DNA of 64,000 bases. Source: an uncultured Fuscovulum sp. GTDB lineage: Bacteria > Pseudomonadota > Alphaproteobacteria > Rhodobacterales > Rhodobacteraceae. The notes beneath the pieces were generated by a model. It was given only the letters and a program-made list of their open reading frames with translations, made no database searches and had not been told where the DNA came from. This document shows, in pieces, positions 32,879 to 43,334 of the stretch. The stretch lies in contig CAYLSD010000019.1 in NCBI GenBank assembly GCA_964386345.1, positions 9,802-73,801 of the forward strand, written 5' to 3'. Within the stretch, counting starts at the first letter, position 1; every line of letters starts with the position of its first letter. Both the position numbers and the translations under genes were made by a program.

Positions 32879-35800
32879 ATGAAGATCGAGCGCAAGTTTA
32901 CCGCCGCCGCAACCGGTGCCTATGGCGCGATGGCATTCGCCGTCACCACCTCGGAAATCCGCAACCCGGACGGCAAGGTCGTGTTCCGCAACGATGCCGT
33001 GGAAGTGCCGGAGGGCTGGAGCCAGGTCGCCTCGGACGTGCTGGCGCAGAAGTATTTCCGCAAGGCGGGGGTTCCGGCGGTCCTGAAGAAGGTCAAGGAA
33101 AAGGGCGTGCCCGAATTCCTCTGGCGCTCGGTCCCCGATGAGGATGCGCTGGCCAGGCTGCCCGCCGAGCAGCGCTATGTCGGCGAGACCTCGGCCAAGC
33201 AGGTCTTCGACCGTCTGGCCGGGGCCTGGGCCTATTGGGGCTGGAAGGGCGGCTATTTCACCACCGAGGCCGATGCATCGGCCTATTACGACGAGATGCG
33301 CTTCATGCTGGCCCGCCAGATGGCGGCGCCGAACTCGCCCCAGTGGTTCAACACCGGGCTGCATTGGGCCTATGGCATCGACGGTCCGGGGCAGGGGCAT
33401 TTCTACGTCGACCACAAGACCGGCAAGCTGACCCGTTCCGACAGCGCCTATGAACACCCGCAGCCGCATGCCTGCTTCATCCAGTCCGTCTCGGACGATC
33501 TGGTCAACGACGGCGGCATCATGGACCTCTGGGTCCGCGAGGCGCGGCTGTTCAAATACGGCTCCGGCACCGGCACCAACTTCTCCAGCCTGCGCGGCGA
33601 GGGCGAGAAACTGTCGGGCGGCGGCAAGTCCAGCGGCCTGATGGGCTTCCTGAAAATCGGCGACCGCGCGGCGGGGGCGATCAAGTCGGGCGGCACCACC
33701 CGGCGCGCGGCCAAGATGGTGATCTGCGACATGGATCACCCGGATATCGAGCAATTCATCAACTGGAAGGTGATCGAGGAGCAGAAGGTCGCTTCCCTCG
33801 TCGCCGGGTCGAAGATGCATCAGGCCCGCCTGAACGACATCTTCACCGCCATCCGCAGCTGGGACGGGTCCTCCGAGGATTCGGTCGATCCGGCGAAGAA
33901 TCCCGCGCTGAAAGCCGCGATCAAGGCCGCCAAGAAGGCCATGATCCCCGACACCTACACCAACCGCATCCTGCAATACGCGCGTCAGGGCTTCGACAGC
34001 ATCGAATTCCCCACCTATGACACCGACTGGGATTCCGAGGCCTATGTCACCGTCTCGGGACAGAACTCGAACAACTCGGTCCGCGTCACCGACGCCTTCC
34101 TGAAGGCCGTCCGCGACGACCTGCCGTGGGAGCTGGTCCGCCGCACCGACGGCAAGGTGTCGAAGACCGTCTCGGCGCGCGACCTCTGGGACCAGATCGG
34201 CCACGCCGCATGGGCCTGCGCCGACCCCGGCATCCAGTTCCACGACACGGTGAACGCCTGGCACACCTGCCCGGAGGACGGGCCGATCCGCGGCTCCAAC
34301 CCGTGCTCGGAATACATGTTCCTCGACGACACGGCCTGCAACCTTGCCTCGATGAACCTGCTGACCTTCTTCCATGACGGCAAGTTCGACGCCGAGGCCT
34401 ATGTCCACGCCACCCGGCTCTGGACCGTCACGCTGGAAATCTCGGTGATGATGGCGCAGTTCCCGTCGAAGGAGATCGCGCAGCTTTCCTACGACTTCCG
34501 CACCCTCGGCCTGGGTTACGCCAATATCGGCGGGCTGCTGATGAACATGGGCCTCGGCTACGATTCCGCCGAGGGCCGCGCGCTGTGCGGCGCGCTGACC
34601 GCGATCATGACCGGCATCTCCTATGCCACCTCGGCCGAGATGGCCAAGGAACTGGGGCCGTTCTCGGGCTATGCCCGCAACCGCGACCACATGCTGCGGG
34701 TGATCCGCAACCACCGCGCCGCCGCCTGGGGCAAGACCGAGGGCTACGAGGCGCTGAACGTTGCCCCCGTGGCGCTGGATCAGGTGAACTGCCCCGACCA
34801 GACCCTGGTCGCGCTGGCGAAATCCGCCTGGGACGAGGCGCTGGCATTGGGCGAGGCGCATGGCTTCCGCAATGCCCAGACCACGGTCATCGCCCCCACC
34901 GGCACCATCGGCCTGGTGATGGATTGCGACACCACCGGGATCGAGCCGGACTTCGCGCTGGTGAAGTTCAAGAAACTGGCCGGCGGCGGCTATTTCAAGA
35001 TCATCAACCAATCGGTCCCGGCGGCGCTTGAAACGCTTGGCTACGCCCCCCACCAGATCGCCGAGATGGTCGCCTATGCGGTCGGCCACGGCAGCCTTGC
35101 GCAGGCGCCTGCCGTCAACCACACCGCCCTTGTCGGCCACGGCTTCGGCCCGCGCGAGATCGAGAAGGTCGAGGCCGCCCTGCCGACCGCCTTCGACATC
35201 CGCTTCGTCTTCAACCAGTGGACGCTGGGCGAGGAATTCTGCAAGGGCACCCTCGGCATCCCCGAGGACAAGCTGAACGACCCGACCTTCGACCTGCTGC
35301 GCCACCTCGGCTTCACCAAGGCGCAGGTCGATGCGGCCAACGACCATGTTTGCGGCACGATGACGCTGGAAGGCGCCCCCTTCCTGAAGGCCGAGCACCT
35401 GAGCGTCTTCGACTGCGCCAACCCCTGCGGCAAGACCGGCAAGCGCTTCCTGTCGGTGGAAAGCCACATCCACATGATGGCGGCGGCGCAATCGTTCATC
35501 TCGGGCGCGATCTCGAAGACGATCAACATGCCGAACTCGGCCACGATCGAGGAAACGCTGGCGGCCTATGAACTGTCGCACAGCCTCGGGATCAAGGCCA
35601 ATGCGCTTTACCGCGACGGGTCCAAACTGTCGCAACCGCTGGCCTCGGCGCTGATCGAGGACGACGAGGAGGCCGAGGAAATCCTCGCCACCGGCTCCTT
35701 GCAGGAGAAGGCCGCCGTCATCGCCGAGAAGATCGTCGAGAAGGTGATCGTCAAGGAGATCGTGCGGTCCCACCGCGAGAAGCTGCCGGAACGCCGCAAG

Positions 35801-36577
35801 GGCTATACCCAGAAGGCGATCATCGGCGGGCACAAGGTCTACCTCCGCACCGGTGAATATGCCGACGGCTCGCTGGGCGAGATCTTCATCGACATGCACA
35901 AGGAAGGCGCGGGCTTCCGGGCGATGATGAACAACTTCGCCATCGCGGTCTCGGTCGGCCTGCAATACGGCGTGCCGCTGGAGGAATTCGTCGAGGCCTT
36001 CACCTTCACCCGCTTCGAACCGGCAGGCATGGTGCAGGGCAACGACAGCATCAAGAACGCCACCTCGATCCTCGACTACATCTTCCGGGAACTGGCGATT
36101 TCCTACCTCGACCGCACGGATCTTGCGCATGTCGCGCCGAAGGGCACCACCTTCGACGACCTCGGGCGCGGCGACGACGAGGGCAAGCGGAACATCTCGG
36201 AAGTCTCCGAATCCGCCGCCTCGAAATCGGTGGAACTGCTGAAGTCGATCTCCTCCTCCGGCTATCTGCGCAAGCGGCTGCCGCAGGAACTGGTGGTGTT
36301 GCAGGGCGGGGCAGGGGCGACGGCCCTGGCCACCGGCACCGACCCGGTCGCCACGCTGAACATCCTGGTGCCCGAGACCCGCGCCATGGGCCTTTCCGAG
36401 GGCGCTTCGGCCTTCGCCATGGGTGCGGCCTCGTCCTCCAGCGACGTGGCGCGGACCAAGGCCAAGATGCAGGGCTACACCGGCGACCCCTGCGGCGAAT
36501 GCGGCAACTACACGCTCGTGCGCAACGGCACCTGCCTGAAGTGCAACACCTGCGGCGGGACCACGGGCTGCAGCTGA
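32879..36577 (+). CDS. nrdJ: Vitamin B12-dependent (class II) ribonucleotide reductase with C-terminal TSCPD-type domain
   Basis: [46 protein letters not shown], CxxC...CxxC terminus; no intein-sized insertion seen. Confidence 0.96.
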   Translation: MKIERKFTAAATGAYGAMAFAVTTSEIRNPDGKVVFRNDAVEVPEGWSQVASDVLAQKYFRKAGVPAVLKKVKEKGVPEFLWRSVPDEDALARLPAEQRYVGETSAKQVFDRLAGAWAYWGWKGGYFTTEADASAYYDEMRFMLARQMAAPNSPQWFNTGLHWAYGIDGPGQGHFYVDHKTGKLTRSDSAYEHPQPHACFIQSVSDDLVNDGGIMDLWVREARLFKYGSGTGTNFSSLRGEGEKLSGGGKSSGLMGFLKIGDRAAGAIKSGGTTRRAAKMVICDMDHPDIEQFINWKVIEEQKVASLVAGSKMHQARLNDIFTAIRSWDGSSEDSVDPAKNPALKAAIKAAKKAMIPDTYTNRILQYARQGFDSIEFPTYDTDWDSEAYVTVSGQNSNNSVRVTDAFLKAVRDDLPWELVRRTDGKVSKTVSARDLWDQIGHAAWACADPGIQFHDTVNAWHTCPEDGPIRGSNPCSEYMFLDDTACNLASMNLLTFFHDGKFDAEAYVHATRLWTVTLEISVMMAQFPSKEIAQLSYDFRTLGLGYANIGGLLMNMGLGYDSAEGRALCGALTAIMTGISYATSAEMAKELGPFSGYARNRDHMLRVIRNHRAAAWGKTEGYEALNVAPVALDQVNCPDQTLVALAKSAWDEALALGEAHGFRNAQTTVIAPTGTIGLVMDCDTTGIEPDFALVKFKKLAGGGYFKIINQSVPAALETLGYAPHQIAEMVAYAVGHGSLAQAPAVNHTALVGHGFGPREIEKVEAALPTAFDIRFVFNQWTLGEEFCKGTLGIPEDKLNDPTFDLLRHLGFTKAQVDAANDHVCGTMTLEGAPFLKAEHLSVFDCANPCGKTGKRFLSVESHIHMMAAAQSFISGAISKTINMPNSATIEETLAAYELSHSLGIKANALYRDGSKLSQPLASALIEDDEEAEEILATGSLQEKAAVIAEKIVEKVIVKEIVRSHREKLPERRKGYTQKAIIGGHKVYLRTGEYADGSLGEIFIDMHKEGAGFRAMMNNFAIAVSVGLQYGVPLEEFVEAFTFTRFEPAGMVQGNDSIKNATSILDYIFRELAISYLDRTDLAHVAPKGTTFDDLGRGDDEGKRNISEVSESAASKSVELLKSISSSGYLRKRLPQELVVLQGGAGATALATGTDPVATLNILVPETRAMGLSEGASAFAMGAASSSSDVARTKAKMQGYTGDPCGECGNYTLVRNGTCLKCNTCGGTTGCS

Positions 36578-36597
36578 CCGACTGTTCCGGTCAGCGC

Positions 36598-36635
36598 GGG
36601 GCGGTGGGGGGAAACCTCCGCCGCCCCTTCGTTTT
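36598..36635 (+). terminator. nrdJ intrinsic terminator
   Basis: GGGGCGGTGGGGG-GAAA-CCTCCGCCGCCCC followed by TTCGTTTT. Confidence 0.7.
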
Positions 36636-36770
36636 GGGGCGCCCCGGATTTCATCCCGGCCCGCCGCAAGCCGCCCGGAATCCCCCATCTTCCGGCCCGT
36701 CGCCGCCGGGCCTATAGTCCGACGGAAAGTCCGGCCCCGGACGTATCAGGGGAAAGCCAGAGGACCGCCC

Positions 36771-38012
36771 TTGCCCGATTCCGCCCGCCGCCCCGACCTC
36801 ACGCAACTGTCGCGCAGCGCCCGGCGCCGGCCCCGCCGCTGGCTCTGGCTGCTGGCGCTGGCCGCCCTGATCGGCCTTGGCGGATGGGCCTGGGCCAGCC
36901 GCAACAACACCCCCGCCGCCGTCCGCTACGACACCACGGCGGTAGAGCGCGGCGACCTGATCGTCACCGTCATCGCCACCGGCACCGTGCAGCCCACCAC
37001 GCGGGTGGACATCTCCTCCGAACTTTCCGGCACGCTGGCCGCGGTGGAGGCCGATTTCAACGATGCCGTGACCGAGGGACAGGTCCTTGCCCGGCTGGAC
37101 GCCACCAACCTGCGCGCCCGGCTTGCCACCGCCGAGGCGCAGCTTGCCGCCGCCGCCGCCCGGGTGACCCAGGCCGAGGCCACGGCGACCGAGACGGCGG
37201 AAAGCTGGGCCTCCACCCAGGCGCTGGACCAGCGCGGGCTGGCCGTGCGTTCCACCGTCGTCGCCGCCAAGGCCGCGCATGACCGCGCCGCCGCCGCGGT
37301 GGAAATCGCCCGCGCCGACCTGAAACTGGCCGAGGCCAGCCTGGAAGAGGCCAAGACCGACCTTGCCAAGGCCGATATCCGCAGCCCGATCACCGGCATC
37401 GTGCTGGACCGCACGGCGGAGAAGGGCATGATCGTTGCCGCCACGCTGAACGCCCCGGTCCTGTTCACCCTGGCCGAGGACCTCAGCCGGATGGAGCTTC
37501 AGGTCGCCATCGACGAGGCGGATATCGGCCGCGTCGGCGTGGGCAACGAGGCCACGTTCAGCGTCGACGCCTATCCGGGCCGCACCTTCCCTGCCCGGAT
37601 CACCCAGTTGCGCTATGCCCCCGAACAGACCGATGGCGTGGTCACCTACAAGGCCGTGCTTTCGGTCGAGAACTCGGACCTCTTGCTGCGCCCCGGCATG
37701 ACCGCCACGGCGACCATCACCGTCGCCCGTCAGCCCGAGGTCCTGCTGGTGCCCATGGCCGCGCTGCGCTACGCGCCGCCGGTGACGGAAAGCGCCAGCC
37801 GCTCGGGCGGCGGGCTGATCGGCCTGATCATGCCGCGGCGGGGCGGCGAGACGCGGGCCAGGGTCGACGGCAGCTCGCTCTGGGTGCTGCGGGCCGGGCA
37901 GCCGGTGAAGGTGAAGGTCACGCCCGGCGCCTCGGACGGCAGGATGATCTCGGTTTCCTCGGACGACCTGTCCGAGGGCGATCTGGTGATCACCGAGCAG
38001 AGCAGCAACTGA
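36771..38012 (+). CDS. Efflux periplasmic adaptor (MacA-like)
   Basis: N-terminal TM, ATGTVQP, IRSPITGIVL, IDEADIGRV, LLLRPGMTA; TTG start. Confidence 0.9.
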   Translation: MPDSARRPDLTQLSRSARRRPRRWLWLLALAALIGLGGWAWASRNNTPAAVRYDTTAVERGDLIVTVIATGTVQPTTRVDISSELSGTLAAVEADFNDAVTEGQVLARLDATNLRARLATAEAQLAAAAARVTQAEATATETAESWASTQALDQRGLAVRSTVVAAKAAHDRAAAAVEIARADLKLAEASLEEAKTDLAKADIRSPITGIVLDRTAEKGMIVAATLNAPVLFTLAEDLSRMELQVAIDEADIGRVGVGNEATFSVDAYPGRTFPARITQLRYAPEQTDGVVTYKAVLSVENSDLLLRPGMTATATITVARQPEVLLVPMAALRYAPPVTESASRSGGGLIGLIMPRRGGETRARVDGSSLWVLRAGQPVKVKVTPGASDGRMISVSSDDLSEGDLVITEQSSN

Positions 38013-38713
38013 TGACGGCGCTGATCGAATTCCGCAACGTCTCGCGCGTCTATGGCGAGGGCGAGGCCGAGGTCCGGGCGCTGGACGGGGTGGACCTGAC
38101 CATCCGGCGCGGCGAATTCGTCGCCATCATGGGGCCGTCCGGGTCCGGCAAGTCCACCGCGATGAACATCATCGGCTGCCTCGACCGGCCCACGGGCGGG
38201 CAATACCTGTTCGACGGCACCCCGGTCGAGAACCTGACGCCCGATGCGCTGGCACTGCTGCGGCGGCATTTCCTTGGCTTCGTCTTCCAGGGCTTCAACC
38301 TCTTGGCCCGCACCTCGGCGCTGGAGAATGTGGAACTGCCGCTGATCTACAAGGGCCTGCCGCGCGCCGAACGCGAGGCCAAGGCCCGCGCCGCGCTGGC
38401 CAAGGTGGGGCTTGAGGGGCGCGAGGGGCATCACCCGTCGCAGCTTTCCGGCGGCCAGCAGCAGCGCGTCGCCATCGCCCGGGCGCTGGCGGGCGACCCG
38501 ATGGTGATCCTTGCCGACGAACCCACCGGCAACCTGGATACCCAGCGCAGCCACGAGATCATGGCGCTGCTCAAGGACCTGAACCGGGACGAGGGCATCA
38601 CCGTGGTCATGGTCACGCATGAGGCCGACATCGCTGCCCATGCCCGGCGGCTGGTGGTCTTCACCGACGGCAGGATCGTCCGCGACGAACCCGCGGAAGG
38701 GGCCGCCGCATGA
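38012..38713 (+). CDS. ABC transporter ATP-binding protein (MacB/LolD type)
   Basis: GPSGSGKST, LSGGQQQRVAIARAL, ILADEPTGNLD, VTHE. Confidence 0.94.
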   Translation: MTALIEFRNVSRVYGEGEAEVRALDGVDLTIRRGEFVAIMGPSGSGKSTAMNIIGCLDRPTGGQYLFDGTPVENLTPDALALLRRHFLGFVFQGFNLLARTSALENVELPLIYKGLPRAEREAKARAALAKVGLEGREGHHPSQLSGGQQQRVAIARALAGDPMVILADEPTGNLDTQRSHEIMALLKDLNRDEGITVVMVTHEADIAAHARRLVVFTDGRIVRDEPAEGAAA

Positions 38714-39918
38714 TCGCCGAAGCCTTCCGCCTGGCCGCAAGGTCCATCGTCCGCAACAAGCTGCGGTCGTTCCTGACCATCCTCGGCATCGTCATCGGCG
38801 TGGCGGCGGTGATCGCCATGGTCACGGTGGGGCAGGGTTCGTCCAGGCAGGTCTCGGCCTCGGTCGAGGCGATGGGATCGGACGTGCTCGTCCTGCGGCC
38901 CGGGCGGCGCGAGTTCGGACCGCCCGGCGCCAGCGGGCGGGCGCGGCGCTTCACCCTGCGCGACGCCGAGGCGCTGGTGCAACTGCCGCAGGTGGGGGCG
39001 CTGGCGCCCATCGCCTCCTCCAGCCAGACGGTGATTGCCGCCCGCGCCAATGCCGCCACCCAGGTCACCGGATCGACGCCGGACTGGCTGAGCGTGGCGA
39101 ACTGGACGCTGGCCTCGGGGCGCAACTTCACCCTGGTCGAGGACAATGCCGGGCTGGCGGTCTGCATTCTGGGCCAGACCGTGCGGCAGCGGCTGTTCGG
39201 CGAGGAGGATCCGGTCGGCCAGACGGTGCGGATCAAGTCCATCGCCTGCGAGGTTGTGGGCCTCTTGTCGCCCAAGGGCGCGGGCAGCTTCGGCCAGGAT
39301 CAGGACGACGTGGTGGTGATGCCGATCCGCCTGCTGCAACGGCGGCTGTCGGGCGATACCGAGGTCAGCACGATCCAGATCAAGGTCACGCAGGGCGTCT
39401 CGGTGCAGGAGGCCACTTCGGCGATCCAGCAGGTGATGCGCGAACGCCGCCGTCTAACTATCGAGAAGGACGACGATTTCTCCATCACCGATGCGAAGGA
39501 GATCGCCACCATGCTGAACTCGGTCAATTCGGTGCTGTCCGGGCTGCTCTCTTCGGTCGCCGCGGTCAGCCTGCTGGTGGGCGGCATCGGCATCATGAAC
39601 ATCATGCTGGTCTCGGTGACCGAGCGCACGCGCGAGATCGGCATCAGGCTGGCGGTGGGGGCCAGCGCGCGGCAGGTGCTGACGCAATTCCTGGTGGAAT
39701 CGGTGGCGCTGTCGCTTCTGGGCGGCGTGGTCGGCATCGTGGCGGGGCTGGCCATGGCCGGGGTGGCGTCGCGGTTCATGGCGATCCCCTTCGTCGCCGA
39801 TCCCACGGTGATCGTGGGCGCCTTCGGCTTCTCGGCGCTGGTGGGCGTGGTCTTCGGCTATTTCCCGGCGCGGCGGGCCGCCCGGATGGACCCGATCGAG
39901 GCGCTGCGGCACCAATAG
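38710..39918 (+). CDS. ABC transporter permease (MacB/FtsX type)
   Basis: NKLRSFLTILGIVIGV, GGIGIMNIMLVSVTERTREIG, PARRAARMDPIEALR. Confidence 0.94.
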   Translation: MIAEAFRLAARSIVRNKLRSFLTILGIVIGVAAVIAMVTVGQGSSRQVSASVEAMGSDVLVLRPGRREFGPPGASGRARRFTLRDAEALVQLPQVGALAPIASSSQTVIAARANAATQVTGSTPDWLSVANWTLASGRNFTLVEDNAGLAVCILGQTVRQRLFGEEDPVGQTVRIKSIACEVVGLLSPKGAGSFGQDQDDVVVMPIRLLQRRLSGDTEVSTIQIKVTQGVSVQEATSAIQQVMRERRRLTIEKDDDFSITDAKEIATMLNSVNSVLSGLLSSVAAVSLLVGGIGIMNIMLVSVTERTREIGIRLAVGASARQVLTQFLVESVALSLLGGVVGIVAGLAMAGVASRFMAIPFVADPTVIVGAFGFSALVGVVFGYFPARRAARMDPIEALRHQ

Positions 39919-39974
39919 CCGCGGCTTCTCATCTGCGGGGTTGTTCCTGCGAATGGATCGGGTAGATTCCCGGG

Positions 39975-40418
39975 ATGAAGAGCTCCGACAAACCCCCGCG
40001 CGACAAGACCGGGCGGATGACCCAGACCCTGCGCGACGGCGGCGTGCGGGTGACGCGGCAGCGCGAGGCGGTGTTGCGCGTTCTGGCCGAGGCCGCCGAC
40101 CATCCCGACGCGACCGAACTGCACCGCCGCGCCCGGGCAGTGGACGATTCCGTCTCCCTGGCCACCGTCTACCGCACGCTTTCGGTGCTTGAACGCGAGG
40201 GCGTGGTGCAGCGCCATTCCTTCGAGACCGGGGGCGCGCGGTTCGAGGTTGCCGACGAGGCGCATCACGACCATATCCTCGACGTCGATTCCGGCGAGAT
40301 CATCGAGTTCCGCAACGAGCGGATCGAGGAACTGCAACGCCAGATCGCCGCCGAGATGGGATACGAGATCGTCCATCACCGGCTGGAGCTTTATTGCCGC
40401 AAGACGGTCAGGGGGTAA
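39975..40418 (+). CDS. Fur/Mur-family transcriptional regulator
   Basis: TRQR, DHPDA, SLATVYRTL, AHHDH, HRLELY; no C-terminal CxxC; alternative start 40017. Confidence 0.88.
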   Translation: MKSSDKPPRDKTGRMTQTLRDGGVRVTRQREAVLRVLAEAADHPDATELHRRARAVDDSVSLATVYRTLSVLEREGVVQRHSFETGGARFEVADEAHHDHILDVDSGEIIEFRNERIEELQRQIAAEMGYEIVHHRLELYCRKTVRG

Positions 40419-42489
40419 GCCGCTCCTCGGGCAGCAGGCTGGCGATTTCCCGGCGGAAGGACAGGTCGTCGCCCCGGTCCGGCGCGTCCAGTTCCTCGGC
40501 CCACCGCCGCCCGGCATAGGTGGCCCAGGCGATCGGCCCGGGCGCGGCGGCGTCGCCGATCAATTGCAGGCTGCGGATGCCGGCCCCCTGCCAGTCCAGC
40601 GCGTTTGCGGCATGGAACAGGCCGTCGTCGGGGATGCGGCTGGTCACCATCACCACCGCATCGGCGGGCAGGACGCTCTGCCGCCCGGTCCAGGTGCAGC
40701 CCAGGATTACCTCATTCCTGCCAATGGCTTCCGGCGCCTTGCTCAGGTGAATCTCCACGCCGGTTTCCAGCAGGCGGCGCATGATCGTGCCCTGTTCCAG
40801 CGTGTTGTCGGTCCATTCCGCAACCTTCACCGCCGGGGTGACGAAATCCACCTTGTTCCCGCGCGCCGCCAGCAGTTCCGCCAGCACCGAGCCCATGTAG
40901 AAATGATCGTCGTCGTAAAGGGTTACGCGCAGGCCTTCAGGCACATTCCCCGCCATCAACTCGTCGGGCGTATACAGCGGCATCGCCGGATCGGCCGGGA
41001 TCGGGTGCAGGTGCAGCCGCGCCACCGCATCGCGCCGCCAATGCGCGCCCGTGGCGATGGCGACATGGTCGGCGCCCATGGCAAGGATGTCCTCCGCCGT
41101 CAGGCGGCTGTCGCGGTAGATCTCCACATTCGGCATCGGCGCCATCTGCCCGGTGCGATAGTCCGCCACCCGGCCCCAGGCGGACAGGCCCGGCAGCGCG
41201 CGTTCCTTCGCCACCCGGCCGCCAAGCACGGTGGTCGCCTCGGCCAGGGTCACCGCATAGCCGCGGCGGGCGGCCTGAAGCGCCGCTTCCAGCCCGGCGG
41301 GACCGGCGCCGACCACCAGGACAGACTGGCTGCCCCCCTTCGGACGCGCCCGGTCTGGGTGCCAGCCCTTGCGCCATTCCTCCATGAAGGCGGTGTTCTG
41401 GGTGCAGCGGCTGATCCCCCCGGTCATGTCGCCGGAGACGCAGATGTTGCAGCCGATGCATTCGCGGATATCCTCGTAACGGCCTTCCTCGACCTTCACC
41501 GGCAGGAACGGGTCCGCGATGGAAGGTCTTGCCGCGCCGATGAAATCCAGGATTCCGGCCCGGATCTGCCGCACCATGGCATCGGGGCTGGTGAAGCGGC
41601 CGACGCCGACCACCGGCCTTGGCGTCAGCGCCTTGATCCCGGCGACCAGATCCTCCTGCGCCGCCTCGGGCTTGAAACGGCTGGTGCCGGAGCAGTTCTC
41701 CCAAGTGCCATGGGCAAGGTCCCAGATGTCGGGCAACTCGCCGTGCATCTCGATGAAGTCGCGCAATTCGGCATTGGAAAAGCCGAAGGCGCCGCCTTCA
41801 TGCAGCGACATGCGCAGGGAAACCGCCAACTCGCCCTTCGTCACTTCCCTTGCATCTTCAACCACTTCGCGCAGGAACCTGCCGCGGTTTTCCAGCGATC
41901 CGCCGTATTCGTCGGTCCGGTGGTTGGTGGCGCGCGACAGGAAATGCTGCAGGATGCCGAAGCCATGCGCGCCGTAAAGGCAGATCAGGTCGAAGCCCGC
42001 CTGCTGGCTGCGGCGAAAGGCGTTGCGGAACCAGCGGCGCAGGTCCCGTATGTCCTGCCGGTCCATGGTGCGGGCCTGCACCGGATCGGAGGTGAAGGTC
42101 AGGATCGGGCCGCCGGTCACCGCCAAGGGCACCTCGCGCGAATAGAGGTTCGGCCCGTTGATGCCTGAATAGGCAAGCTGAATCCCGGCAAGTGCCCCGT
42201 GGCTTTTCATCGCCTCGGCCATTCGCGCCAGCGCCGGGATGTCGCGGTCGTCCCAGAGGTGTTGTTCGATGAACGGGGTGATCTCGCTGGTCGGGTGGAT
42301 CTCCGTCTGTTCGGTGAAGATCACGCCCCAGCCGCCCTCGGCCTTCGTCCGGCGCATCTCGACCACCGCCGAAGGATCGCGGTAGCCGCCGCCGTTGCAA
42401 TGCGGCACCTGGTAGAAGCGGTTCTTCGCCAGCTTCGGGCCGATCCGCAGCGGGGTGAACAGGATGTCATGGGCAGGCAGGCGGCTCAT
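40408..42489 (-). CDS. Histamine/trimethylamine dehydrogenase-family iron-sulfur flavoprotein
   Basis: KNRFYQVPHC (Cys equivalent to the 6-S-cysteinyl-FMN site), KAEGGW, RECIGCNICVSGD...RCTQN [4Fe-4S], VGAGPAGLEAA. Confidence 0.88.
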   Translation of the reverse strand: MSRLPAHDILFTPLRIGPKLAKNRFYQVPHCNGGGYRDPSAVVEMRRTKAEGGWGVIFTEQTEIHPTSEITPFIEQHLWDDRDIPALARMAEAMKSHGALAGIQLAYSGINGPNLYSREVPLAVTGGPILTFTSDPVQARTMDRQDIRDLRRWFRNAFRRSQQAGFDLICLYGAHGFGILQHFLSRATNHRTDEYGGSLENRGRFLREVVEDAREVTKGELAVSLRMSLHEGGAFGFSNAELRDFIEMHGELPDIWDLAHGTWENCSGTSRFKPEAAQEDLVAGIKALTPRPVVGVGRFTSPDAMVRQIRAGILDFIGAARPSIADPFLPVKVEEGRYEDIRECIGCNICVSGDMTGGISRCTQNTAFMEEWRKGWHPDRARPKGGSQSVLVVGAGPAGLEAALQAARRGYAVTLAEATTVLGGRVAKERALPGLSAWGRVADYRTGQMAPMPNVEIYRDSRLTAEDILAMGADHVAIATGAHWRRDAVARLHLHPIPADPAMPLYTPDELMAGNVPEGLRVTLYDDDHFYMGSVLAELLAARGNKVDFVTPAVKVAEWTDNTLEQGTIMRRLLETGVEIHLSKAPEAIGRNEVILGCTWTGRQSVLPADAVVMVTSRIPDDGLFHAANALDWQGAGIRSLQLIGDAAAPGPIAWATYAGRRWAEELDAPDRGDDLSFRREIASLLPEERLTP

Positions 42490-43250
42490 TCGACAAGCCT
42501 CAGGTCGGCGGATTGGGTGGAAAGATGGGCGGGCCGGCGGGCGGGGATATCGGCCACCAGCAGCGCCGGGCTTTCGCCCGCCTGCGCCAGCACCTCGCCA
42601 TGCGGCCCGGCGATCAGGCTGCCGCCGAGATAGGTCAGATCGCCCTCGGTCCCGCAGTAATTGGCATAGGCGATGGCGACCCCGTGGTTCGCCGCCATGG
42701 CGGGCACCGTGGCGCGGACGACATGGGCATAGGGCTGCATGTTGGCGGTAGGGACAAGGATCGCCGTGGCGCCTTTGTCCGCCAGGGCCTTGACATGCGG
42801 GGCGAATTCCACGTCGTAGCAGATCAGCAGCGCCGCCGTCTCCCCGGCCAGCGGGAAGGTAACATAGGCCTCGCCCGGCCGGTAGATCGCCTTTTCCCGG
42901 GGCCCGTAAAGCTGGATCTTGCGGTAATGCGCCAGCCGCGCGCCATCGGGGCCAAGGCAGAGGGCGGAGTTGTAGACCGCATCGCCATCCCGTTCGGCAT
43001 AGCCGGCAATCAGCGCGCAACGGGCGGCGGCGGCGGCGCGGGACAGACGGTCGAAGGCGGGCGCGTCCTGCGGCAGGGCATTCGCCGCCGAGACCGGCTG
43101 GTTGTAGCCGGGCAGCCAGACCTCGGGCAGGACCAGCGCATCGGCCCCCACCGAACCCGCCGCCACAAGCGCGGCCTCGGCCTCCGCCAGCGCCCGGTCC
43201 AGATCGGAAGCCGGGGAGTTCCCCTGCCAGAGCGCCAGCCGCATCGCCAT
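42486..43250 (-). CDS. Carbon-nitrogen hydrolase (nitrilase superfamily amidase)
   Basis: Triad context LPE, YRKIQL, LLICYDVEF; stop overlaps next ATG. Confidence 0.9.
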   Translation of the reverse strand: MAMRLALWQGNSPASDLDRALAEAEAALVAAGSVGADALVLPEVWLPGYNQPVSAANALPQDAPAFDRLSRAAAAARCALIAGYAERDGDAVYNSALCLGPDGARLAHYRKIQLYGPREKAIYRPGEAYVTFPLAGETAALLICYDVEFAPHVKALADKGATAILVPTANMQPYAHVVRATVPAMAANHGVAIAYANYCGTEGDLTYLGGSLIAGPHGEVLAQAGESPALLVADIPARRPAHLSTQSADLRLVE

Positions 43251-43257
43251 CCTCCAC

Positions 43258-43320
43258 GGGGATACCCCCGATTACCTGCCCGGACGCTATATCCAACGGC
43301 ATCGGGGGGTATATACCCCC
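43258..43320. promoter_or_regulatory. G/C-tract palindromes upstream of the C-N hydrolase operon, candidate operators
   Basis: GGGGATACCCC (43258-43268) and perfect GGGGGTATATACCCCC (43305-43320). Confidence 0.45.
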
Positions 43321-43334
43321 GGAGAGGTATCGCC

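Noticed and set aside
36720-36740. GGAAAGTCCGG resembling RNase P RNA
   Set aside because: Too little space before the next CDS and no other universally conserved rnpB segments.
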